DNA of 32,000 bases from Longivirga aurantiaca (lineage in GTDB: Bacteria > Actinomycetota > Actinomycetes > S36-B12 > CAIYMF01), in assembly GCF_042660085.1 (NCBI RefSeq), contig NZ_JBHSTI010000001.1, forward strand, positions 1 to 32,000. Direction: 5' to 3'. Positions within the stretch are counted from its first letter, which is position 1. Each line of letters begins with the position of its first letter. Below, piece by piece: positions 1-7,773 of this stretch. The notes under the pieces were generated by a model. It worked only from the letters and a program-made list of their open reading frames with translations. It ran no database searches and was not told where the DNA came from. Position numbers and translations under genes: made by a program.

Positions 1-17
1 CCCCCGACTCGATCCGC

Positions 18-57
18 ACCTGACGGCCCCGCCTCGTCCGAGGTGGGGCTGTCAGGT
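18..57. terminator. Stem-loop upstream of the first gene, probable terminator of an upstream gene
   Basis: cctgacggccccgcctcg / cgaggtggggctgtcagg: 18-bp arms (19-36 and 39-56), 16 Watson-Crick plus 2 G-U pairs, plus an outer A-T pair (18/57). No long T tract follows. Confidence 0.6.
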
Positions 58-142
58 TCCCCGGGCCGCGCGCCGGGAGCCGCTGCTGACTCGCCGGTCA
101 GTACGCCGCGTACGCAGCCACCGGTCCGCGTACGCTCCCGCC

Positions 143-2599
143 ATGGCGGACCCCGTTCTCCCCTCCCGTGCCCGCGTCGTCGTGATCGGCGGCGGTGTCA
201 TCGGCTCCTCGGTCGCGTACCACCTCGCCGAGCTCGGCTGGACCGACACGCTGCTCCTCGAGCGCGACCGGCTCACCTCCGGCACCACCTGGCACGCGGC
301 CGGGCTCATGGTGACCTTCGGCTCGACCTCGGAGACCTCCACGGAGTTCCGGAAGTACACGCGCGACCTCTACTCCCGGCTCGAGGCCGAGACCGGCCAG
401 TCGACCGGCTTCTCACCGGTCGGCTTCATCGAGATCGCGACCGACGCCGCGCGCCTCGAGGAGTACCGCCGCGTCTCGGCGTTCAACCGCTACTGCGGCG
501 TCGACGTCCAGGAGATCTCTGCCGGCGAGGTGGAGCAGATGTTCCCCATCGCCCGGGTCGACGACGTGCTCGCCGGCTTCTACGTGGCCGAGGACGGCCG
601 CGCCAACCCGGTCGACGTCACGATGGCGCTGGCGAAGGGCGCGCGGCAGAAGGGCGCGACGGTGCTCGAGGGCGTGCCGGTCACGGCTGTCACGACCAAG
701 GACGGCGCTGTCACCGGGGTGGACACGCCGTACGGCCATGTCGAGTGCGAGGTCGTCGTGAACTGCGCCGGAATGTGGGCGCGGCAGCTAGCCGAGCAGA
801 ACGGCGTCAACGTGCCGCTGCAGGCGGCCGAGCACTACTACCTCATCACCGAGGAGTTCGACGCGATCTCCAAGTCGTTCCCGGTGCTCGAGGACCCTGC
901 CAACTACGGCTACTTCCGCGAGGAGGGCGGCGGCCTGATGGTCGGCCTCTTCGAGGCCGTCTGCGCGCCGTGGAAGGTCGACGGGATCCCCGACTCCGCG
1001 TCGTTCCTGGAGCTGCCGCCGGACTGGGACCGCATGGGCCCCTACCTCGAGGCCGCGATGAGCCGCATCCCGATGTCGAACGAGGTGGGCATCCGGAAGT
1101 TCTTCTGCGGGCCGGAGAGCTTCACGCCGGACCTTCAGCCCGTGGTCGGCGAGGCGCCCGAGGTGCGCGGCTACTTCGTGGCGGCCGGCCTCAACTCGAT
1201 CGGGATCCTCACCGGTGGCGGGATGGGCCGCGCGGTCGCCGAGTGGGTCACCACCGGCCACCCGACGGTCGACGTCACAGGCTTCAACATCGACCGCCTG
1301 CACACCTACCAGCGCAACCCGGAGTACCGCGCGACGCGCACGGTCGAGAGCCTCGGCCGGGTGTACGCCACGCACTACCCGGACAAGCAGATGCAGACCG
1401 CGCGCGGCGCCAAGCTCTCGCCGCTGCACGAGCGGCTCGCGGCGCGGCGAGCGTGGTTCCGCGACGTCAGCGGCTGGGAGAACCCGGGCTGGTACGCGCC
1501 CGAGGGTGCCGAGCCCGACTTCGGCGAGCCCACCTTCGGCCGACCGTCGTGGTGGCCGTACTGGGAGGCCGAGCACCACGCCGCCCGCAACGACGTGATC
1601 GTGATGGACATGAGCTTCATGTCGAAGTTCCTCGTGCAGGGCGACGACGCCGGCGCGCGGCTCAACTGGATCTCCGGCAACGACGTCGACGGCGAGACCG
1701 GTGTCATCACGTACACCCAGTGGCTGGACGAGCTCGGCAAGCTGCAGGCCGACCTCACGGTGACCAAGCTCGCCGACGACCGGTTCTGGGTCGTGGCGTC
1801 GGACACCGCGCACCGGCACGTCGAGACGCACCTGAGGCGGCACTTCGCAGGCCACCACGCGTTCGTCACGGACGTGACCGGCGCCTACGCGCAGATCAAC
1901 GTGCAGGGCCCGCGCTCGCGCGAGCTGCTGCAGTCGGTCACGACCGCCGACCTGTCGGACGAGGCGTTCCCGTTCCGCGCCGCGCGCGAGATCGACCTCG
2001 GCTTCGCGCGCGTGCTCTGCATCCGCATCACCTACCTCGGTGAGCTGGGCTACGAGCTCTACGTGCCGGCCGAGCAGGCGGTGCACGTGTACGACCGGCT
2101 GGTCGCGGCCGGGCCGGCGTACGGGCTCCGGCACGCGGGCACCAAGGCGCTCGCGAGCCTGCGGATGGAGAAGGGCTACCGCGACTACGGGCACGACATC
2201 GACAACACCGACACCGTGCTCGAGGCCGGGCTCGGCTTCGCCGTCGCGCTCGACAAGCCCGGTGGATTCCTCGGCCGCGACGCCGTGGCCGCGCAGAAGG
2301 CGGCGGGGCCGTTGCGCAAGCGGCTCGTGCAGGTGCTCGTCGACGACCCCGAGCCGCTGATGTTCCACGCCGAGGTGATCAGGCGCGACGGCGTGCCTGT
2401 CGGGTACATCCGAGCGGCGTCGTACGGCTTCACCCTCGGCGGCGCGGTCGGTCTGGCGATGATCGAGGCCGACGAGCCCATCGACGCCGCCTGGATCTCG
2501 GCGGGGTCGTGGACGGTGGAGATCGTCGACCGCGAGTGGCCGTGCACGGTCTCGCTGCGGCCGCTGTTCGACCCCGCCAACGAGAAGATCAAGCGCTGA
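143..2599 (+). CDS. FAD-dependent oxidoreductase with C-terminal GcvT-like domain (dimethylglycine/sarcosine dehydrogenase family)
   Basis: 818-aa ORF. N-terminal dinucleotide-binding motif VVVIGGGVIGSSVAYHLAELG and C-terminal aminomethyltransferase-like segment (ELGYELYVP...GTKALASLRMEKGYRDYGHDI). Confidence 0.9.
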   Translation: MADPVLPSRARVVVIGGGVIGSSVAYHLAELGWTDTLLLERDRLTSGTTWHAAGLMVTFGSTSETSTEFRKYTRDLYSRLEAETGQSTGFSPVGFIEIATDAARLEEYRRVSAFNRYCGVDVQEISAGEVEQMFPIARVDDVLAGFYVAEDGRANPVDVTMALAKGARQKGATVLEGVPVTAVTTKDGAVTGVDTPYGHVECEVVVNCAGMWARQLAEQNGVNVPLQAAEHYYLITEEFDAISKSFPVLEDPANYGYFREEGGGLMVGLFEAVCAPWKVDGIPDSASFLELPPDWDRMGPYLEAAMSRIPMSNEVGIRKFFCGPESFTPDLQPVVGEAPEVRGYFVAAGLNSIGILTGGGMGRAVAEWVTTGHPTVDVTGFNIDRLHTYQRNPEYRATRTVESLGRVYATHYPDKQMQTARGAKLSPLHERLAARRAWFRDVSGWENPGWYAPEGAEPDFGEPTFGRPSWWPYWEAEHHAARNDVIVMDMSFMSKFLVQGDDAGARLNWISGNDVDGETGVITYTQWLDELGKLQADLTVTKLADDRFWVVASDTAHRHVETHLRRHFAGHHAFVTDVTGAYAQINVQGPRSRELLQSVTTADLSDEAFPFRAAREIDLGFARVLCIRITYLGELGYELYVPAEQAVHVYDRLVAAGPAYGLRHAGTKALASLRMEKGYRDYGHDIDNTDTVLEAGLGFAVALDKPGGFLGRDAVAAQKAAGPLRKRLVQVLVDDPEPLMFHAEVIRRDGVPVGYIRAASYGFTLGGAVGLAMIEADEPIDAAWISAGSWTVEIVDREWPCTVSLRPLFDPANEKIKR

Positions 2600-2609
2600 C
2601 CGCCGTACG

Positions 2610-3617
2610 GTGGCGGGCGTGACCGAGCGCGAGATCACCGGGCCCGTCGACCTCTGCACGCCGAAGGGCCGCGTCAACCGCGACGCCGTGGGGTGGACGC
2701 GGCAGCCGCTGCACCGCACCGCGGTGCCGGGCTGGGGACGCACGAAGCGCTGGGAGTACTGGGGCGTCATGACGCCGTCGGTGTTCGTCGGGCTCACGGT
2801 GTCCTCGCTCGACTACGCCGGCGTCGAGGCGGTGTACGTGCTCGACCGCGCGACCGGCCGCGAGCACGTGCACGAGGCGGTCGTGCCGCTCGCCCGCGGC
2901 GTGGTGCTACCCGATCGTTGCGGCACGGGCCGTGCGTCGGCGTCCGCGAAGGACCTGCGGATCGAGCTCGTCGAGGTAGCGGGCGGCACGCACATCAGCG
3001 CCACCGCCCCGGGGATCGAGGTCGACGTCGTCGCCGCGCTGCCCGAGGGGCACGAGCGCATGGGTGTGGTCGTTCCGTGGTCCGACACCCGCTTCCAGTA
3101 CACGGTGAAGGACGTCGGGCGGCCGGTCTCCGGCACGGTCGTCGTCGACGGCGCTCAGCACGAGGTGGGTGGCGCCGGCTCGTTCGGGGTGCTCGACCAC
3201 GGCCGGGGGCGGTGGCCGTACTCGCTCACGTGGAACTGGGGCGCGGGCCACGGCACAGTCGACGGACGCGGCATCGGCGTCCAGGTGGGCGGCCTCTGGA
3301 CCGACGGCACCGGCTCGACCGAGAACGCCCTCGTGGTCGACGGCGTCGTGCACAAGGAGTCGGGCACCTTGCGGTGGGAGTACGACCGCGCGGACTGGCT
3401 GCGGCCCTGGCGGATCCGGACCATCGACTCCGACCGTGTCGATCTGGCCTTCACCCCGCGGCACGAGCGGGTGGCGCGCACCAACCTGCTCGTGGTCGCG
3501 AACGAGACGCACCAGTGCTTCGGCACCTGGTCGGGGTGGATGAGCACCGACGACGGCGAGCACGTCCGCGTGGACGGCGCCGAGGGTTGGGCCGAGGAGG
3601 CCCGCAACCGCTGGTGA
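2610..3617 (+). CDS. DUF2804 domain-containing protein
   Basis: 335-aa ORF with DUF2804-like features (YWGVMTPSVFVGLTVSSLDYAG; WNWGAGHG). An alternative GTG start at 2619 fits a TANNNT box 7 nt upstream. Confidence 0.8.
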   Translation: MAGVTEREITGPVDLCTPKGRVNRDAVGWTRQPLHRTAVPGWGRTKRWEYWGVMTPSVFVGLTVSSLDYAGVEAVYVLDRATGREHVHEAVVPLARGVVLPDRCGTGRASASAKDLRIELVEVAGGTHISATAPGIEVDVVAALPEGHERMGVVVPWSDTRFQYTVKDVGRPVSGTVVVDGAQHEVGGAGSFGVLDHGRGRWPYSLTWNWGAGHGTVDGRGIGVQVGGLWTDGTGSTENALVVDGVVHKESGTLRWEYDRADWLRPWRIRTIDSDRVDLAFTPRHERVARTNLLVVANETHQCFGTWSGWMSTDDGEHVRVDGAEGWAEEARNRW

Positions 3618-3633
3618 GGCAAGCCTCACCTGA
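3615..3633. promoter_or_regulatory. Candidate DtxR/IdeR-type iron box
   Basis: TGAGGCAAGCCTCACCTGA matches the actinobacterial iron box consensus TWAGGTWAGSCTWACCTWA at 15/19 positions. Its core lies in the perfect palindrome ggtgaggc-aa-gcctcacc (3613-3630). Confidence 0.4.
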
Positions 3634-3715
3634 TCGCCTGTGCTGCAACGGGAATCACGTGCCCGAATGCCCGATCGCGCAGCCGTGGAAGGCCAGCCGC
3701 ACCTACTCTGGACTC

Positions 3716-5269
3716 ATGGACATGTCCGAGGTACGCACGCGCGCCCGCACGCTCGTCGACAGCCCGGCGCTCACGTACAAGCAGCGCGTCCAGGCGCTCG
3801 CCGGCCTCGCCGAGGAGACGCTCGACCCGCCGCCCACCTCCACCGCTGTGACCGACGCGCTCGCGACCGGGCTCGTGTGCGACATCGGCGAGGGCCATGC
3901 GCCGTACCGGCCCCGCTACCTGCTGCCCGACTACCCCAAGGCGCTGCGCCAGGGCTCGGAGTTCCTCGGCCTGAAGCCGCCGACCGACCTCTACGAGGCC
4001 GTCGCGTTCCTGCTGTCGATGTACTCCCAGGTTCCGTCGATCACCGGCTACCCGGTCTACCTCGGCGACGTCGACTCGCTGCTCGAGCCGTACGCCGAGG
4101 GCGTCGACGACGAGACGCTCACGAAGATCCTGCGGCTGATGTGGGTCACGATCGACCGGTCGCTGCCCGACGCGTTCACCCACGCGAACCTCGGGCCGGA
4201 CGACTCGCGCGTCGGCCGCACGATCCTGGCGCTCGAGCGCGAGCTGCTGCAGACCGTGCCGAACCTGACGCTGAAGGTGGACGCCGAGCGCACGCCCGAC
4301 AGCCTCGTGCTCGACGCCGTCCGCACGGTGTTCGCGTGCGGCAAGCCGCACTTCGTCAACCACGCGATGATGACTGCCGACCTCGGGCCCGACTACGGCG
4401 TCGTCTCCTGCTACAACTCGCTGCGCGTCGGCGGGGGCTCGCACACGCTGGTGCGGCTCAACCTCGCCGAGTCCGCGCGCCGGAACGTCGGCGGCGTCGA
4501 CGACTACCTCGCCGCCACGCTGCCCGAGCACGTCGCCGTCACGGCCGAGCTCATGGCCGCGCGCATCACGTCGCTGGTGGAGCAGGCGCAGTTCTTCGAC
4601 CACAGCTGGCTCGCCGACGAGGGCCTCGTGCACCTCGACCGGATGTCGGCGATGTTCGGCGTCTACGGCCTCGCCGAGTGCGTCGACTCGCTCGTCGCCG
4701 CCGGTGGCGGCACCGGCCGCTACGGGCACGACGCCGATGCCACCGCGCTCGGGTGGCGCATCGTCGAGCGGGTCGCCGAGCTCGTCGCCGCGACCCCGCT
4801 CCCCTACTGCGAGGGCAACGGCGGCCGCGCGTTCCTACACTCGCAGTCCGGCATCGACTCCGACCTCGGCGTCACCGCCGGCACGCGCATCCCCATCGGC
4901 GACGAGCCCCCGCTGTACGAGCACCTCGCGGCCGTCACGCCGAACCACAAGTGGTTCGCCTCGGGCGTGAGCGACATCCTGTCGTTCGACGACACTGCCG
5001 TGCGCAACCCGCAGGCATGCGTCGACGTCGTACGCGGCGCTCTGGCCACCGGAATGCGCGACGTGACGTTCAACCTCGACAGCAACGACTTCATCCGCAT
5101 CACCGGCTACCTCGTGCGCAAGAGCGACCTCGCCAAGCTCGAGGCGACCGGCGTCGCCCGTCATGGCAGCGACGTCCTCGCGGCCGGGTCGGTGGCGAAC
5201 TCGCACTCGGACAAGCGTGCGCCGAAGCGGGTGATCAGCCATGAGTCAGCCCCTCGGGCTGCTGGCTGA
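3716..5269 (+). CDS. yjjI: YjjI family glycyl radical enzyme
   Basis: 517 aa from ATG 3716; the tracked ORF 2693..5269 is over-extended. Contains the active-site-like Cys segment YGVVSCYNSLRVGGGSHTLVRLNL and glycyl radical motif RITGY (Gly codon 5105-5107). The yjjW gene follows directly. Confidence 0.88.
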   Translation: MDMSEVRTRARTLVDSPALTYKQRVQALAGLAEETLDPPPTSTAVTDALATGLVCDIGEGHAPYRPRYLLPDYPKALRQGSEFLGLKPPTDLYEAVAFLLSMYSQVPSITGYPVYLGDVDSLLEPYAEGVDDETLTKILRLMWVTIDRSLPDAFTHANLGPDDSRVGRTILALERELLQTVPNLTLKVDAERTPDSLVLDAVRTVFACGKPHFVNHAMMTADLGPDYGVVSCYNSLRVGGGSHTLVRLNLAESARRNVGGVDDYLAATLPEHVAVTAELMAARITSLVEQAQFFDHSWLADEGLVHLDRMSAMFGVYGLAECVDSLVAAGGGTGRYGHDADATALGWRIVERVAELVAATPLPYCEGNGGRAFLHSQSGIDSDLGVTAGTRIPIGDEPPLYEHLAAVTPNHKWFASGVSDILSFDDTAVRNPQACVDVVRGALATGMRDVTFNLDSNDFIRITGYLVRKSDLAKLEATGVARHGSDVLAAGSVANSHSDKRAPKRVISHESAPRAAG

Positions 5270-5969
5270 CGTCGTCCCGTTCTCCTGGGTCGACGGGCCG
5301 GGCAACCGGTTCGCCGTGTTCCTCCAGGGGTGCAACCTCGACTGCCTGGTGTGCCACAACCCGCACACGATGCCGCTGCAGACGCCGCTCGCCCGGTCGG
5401 TGACTGTGGCCGAGCTCGTCGACGAGGTGCGTCCCCAGGCGCCGTACCTCTCGGGCGTGACCGTCTCCGGCGGCGAGGCGACGCTGCAGGCACCGTTCGT
5501 GGCCGCCTGGTTCGACGCGCTGCGCGAGGACCCGGCCACCGCCCACCTGACCCGCTTCGTCGACAGCAACGGCTGCGCCGACGACGAGGTGTGGGACCTC
5601 CTGCTCCCGCGCACCGAGGGCGTGATGCTCGACCTCAAGGCGCTCGACCTCGGCACCCACCTCGAGCTCACCGGGTCGTCGAACTTCCCGGTGCTGCGCA
5701 GCCTCGACCGGCTCGCGCTCGCGCACAAGCTCGCAGAGGTCCGGCTGCTCATCGTGCCGGGCCGCAACGACTCCGAGGAGACGCTCCGCCGCACCGGCGC
5801 GTACGTCGCTGCCCGGGCACCCGGTGTGCCCGTGCGCGTCATCGGCTTCCGGCCGCACGGCGTACGGGCCGCAGCGCGGTCCATCCCCGAGCCGACGCCC
5901 GAGGAGCGCGCCCACTACGGCGCCTGGGTCGCCGAGTCCGTCGGCGCCGACCTCGTCACCGTCGTCTGA
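5241..5969 (+). CDS. yjjW: YjjW family radical SAM glycyl radical enzyme activase
   Basis: 242 aa, radical-SAM CX3CX2C motif in FLQGCNLDCLVCHNPHTM, GVTVSGGEATLQ, DLKALD. Overlaps yjjI by 29 nt. Confidence 0.88.
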   Translation: MSQPLGLLADVVPFSWVDGPGNRFAVFLQGCNLDCLVCHNPHTMPLQTPLARSVTVAELVDEVRPQAPYLSGVTVSGGEATLQAPFVAAWFDALREDPATAHLTRFVDSNGCADDEVWDLLLPRTEGVMLDLKALDLGTHLELTGSSNFPVLRSLDRLALAHKLAEVRLLIVPGRNDSEETLRRTGAYVAARAPGVPVRVIGFRPHGVRAAARSIPEPTPEERAHYGAWVAESVGADLVTVV

Positions 5970-5972
5970 CGC

Positions 5973-6022
5973 GATTTGGTAGTGGTTTCTCGCAGCAGAG
6001 CGCGAGATTCCACTACCGAATC
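5973..6022. repeat. Imperfect intergenic inverted repeat
   Basis: gatttggtagtggtttctcgc (5973-5993), 8-nt loop agcagagc, gcgagattccactaccgaatc (6002-6022). 18/21 arm positions are complementary. Confidence 0.75.
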
Positions 6023-6057
6023 GGGCGTTGGTACGAGCGGCGATTACGCTCTCGACC

Positions 6058-6918
6058 ATGCTGATCGTCGACGCGCACGAGGCGCACACCTGGTTCGGGT
6101 TCGGCGTCGCCGGCAACTTCGCCGGCCACCTCGAGCAGGCGGGCGAGGCGGGCGACTTCGTGTCGGTCACGGCGCCCGAGAACGCGCCGAAGGGCATCTT
6201 CCCCTTCTACGTGCCGGGCAAGGACTCGTACCTCGGCACCTTCCCGATCTCGTCCGACGCCGTGCAGCTGCCGGAGTCCGACACCCCGCTCAACCTGCAG
6301 ATCGAACCGGAGGCCGGCCTGCTCTGCCACGTCCACTACGGCGAGGACGGCAGCGTCGAGCGGCTCGCACCGTATGCGATCGGGGCGTTCAACGACTGCT
6401 CGATCCGCCGCCCTGACGCCAAGAAGCTGAGCGAGAAGAAGAACTGGGGCCCGGCGTCCAAGGGCCTCGCCGCGCGCCTGCTCACGGTCGACGACCTCGG
6501 CCCCGCCGGAGGCACCGCCGAGCTGCGCATCGCGAGCTTCCTGCGCCGCGCCGGCGAGGCGCACGCCTACGGTCTCGACTCCCCCGTCGTCGGCTACTCG
6601 TACTACGGCGACGTCCTGCTCGACTGGATGGTCGAGCGCCTGCACCACCAGAAGGGCGCGCCCGAGACGCCGCTCGAGGACGTCGGGCAGTACCTCCTCG
6701 ACGCCGGCCGCCCCGCCACGGCCGTGATCGGCATCGGCGCCACGCGTTACACCGAGGTCGGCGAGAGCACCTACCTCGAGGACGGCGACCAGGCGATCGT
6801 GATCGTGTACGACGCCGACGCGAGCACGCCCGAGCAGGTCGCGGCCGCGGTCGCCGCAGGCACCGAGGACGACCTCGAGCATGCCTCGGTGCTGCGCCAG
6901 ACCGTCCGCACCGCCTGA
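6058..6918 (+). CDS. DUF5718 family protein
   Basis: 286 aa from ATG 6058. N-terminus FGFGVAGNFAGHLEQAGEAGDFV and conserved SYYGDVLLDWMVERL-type region. Confidence 0.7.
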   Translation: MLIVDAHEAHTWFGFGVAGNFAGHLEQAGEAGDFVSVTAPENAPKGIFPFYVPGKDSYLGTFPISSDAVQLPESDTPLNLQIEPEAGLLCHVHYGEDGSVERLAPYAIGAFNDCSIRRPDAKKLSEKKNWGPASKGLAARLLTVDDLGPAGGTAELRIASFLRRAGEAHAYGLDSPVVGYSYYGDVLLDWMVERLHHQKGAPETPLEDVGQYLLDAGRPATAVIGIGATRYTEVGESTYLEDGDQAIVIVYDADASTPEQVAAAVAAGTEDDLEHASVLRQTVRTA

Positions 6919-6933
6919 GCAGCACCTGACGCA

Positions 6934-6966
6934 CGAGAGCCCCGGCCGCATCGGCCGGGGCTCTCG
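6934..6966. terminator. Bidirectional intrinsic terminator between convergent genes
   Basis: Perfect 15-bp stem cgagagccccggccg-cat-cggccggggctctcg between the stop at 6918 (+) and the sdhB stop at 6979 (-). Confidence 0.85.
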
Positions 6967-6978
6967 AACGTCCAGGGA

Positions 6979-7773
6979 CTAGCGCGGGGTGCTGCCGCCC
7001 GGCGTCGCGCCCGGCTTCTCGCGCTTCTCGTTCTTCCGGAAGAGCGACGCCACCGAGAAGATCGGGTCGTACTTGCGGTCGGCGACGCGCTCCTTGAGCG
7101 GGATGAGCGCGTTGTCGGTGATGTGGATGTGCTCGGGGCAGACCTCGGTGCAGCACTTGGTGATGTTGCAGTAGCCGAGACCGTGGTCCTCCACGGCGAC
7201 CTCGCGACGGTCGGCCGTGTCGAGCGGGTGCATGTCGAGCTCGGCGATGCGCATGAGGAAGCGCGGGCCGGAGAACGTGGTCTTGTTCTCCTCGTGGTCG
7301 CGCACCGCGTGGCACACGTTGTTGCAGAGGAAGCACTCGATGCACTTGCGGAACTCCTGGCTCCGCTCGACGTCGACCTGCTGCATCCGGTAGTCGCCCG
7401 GCTCGAGGTCCGCGGGCGGCGCGAACGACGGCACCATGCGGGCCTTCTCGTAGTTGTACGAGACGTCCGTGACGAGGTCGCGGATCACCGGGAACGTCCG
7501 CAGGGGCGTGATCGCGATCGTCTCGTCCTCGGTGAACGTGTTCATGCGCGTCATGCACATGAGCCGCGGCTTGCCGTTGATCTCCGCGCTGCACGAGCCG
7601 CACTTGCCGGCCTTGCAGTTCCAGCGGACGGCGAGGTCAGGAGCCTCGGTCGCCTGCAGACGGTGGACGATGTCGAGGACGACCTCGCCCTCGTTGACCT
7701 CGACGGCGAAGTCCTGCAGCGCGCCGCCCTCGTCGTCGCCGCGCCATACCTTGAACTTGGCGGTGTACGTCAT
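6979..7773 (-). CDS. sdhB: Succinate dehydrogenase/fumarate reductase iron-sulfur subunit
   Basis: Starts MTYTAKFKVWRG; CKAGKCGSCSAEINGKPRLMC (2Fe-2S) and CIECFLCNNVC / CNITKCCTEVCPEHI cluster motifs. The start overlaps the sdhA stop. Confidence 0.95.
   Translation of the reverse strand: MTYTAKFKVWRGDDEGGALQDFAVEVNEGEVVLDIVHRLQATEAPDLAVRWNCKAGKCGSCSAEINGKPRLMCMTRMNTFTEDETIAITPLRTFPVIRDLVTDVSYNYEKARMVPSFAPPADLEPGDYRMQQVDVERSQEFRKCIECFLCNNVCHAVRDHEENKTTFSGPRFLMRIAELDMHPLDTADRREVAVEDHGLGYCNITKCCTEVCPEHIHITDNALIPLKERVADRKYDPIFSVASLFRKNEKREKPGATPGGSTPR

Noticed and set aside
43-2797. Overlapping 666-aa (+) and 669-aa (-) ORFs at the left end
   Set aside because: Arg-rich shadow frames of the well-supported 818-aa FAD/GcvT protein.
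2693-3715. N-terminal 341-aa extension of the tracked ORF 2693..5269
   Set aside because: It is an out-of-frame reading of the DUF2804 gene. Recognisable YjjI sequence starts at MDMSEVRTRARTL (ATG 3716).
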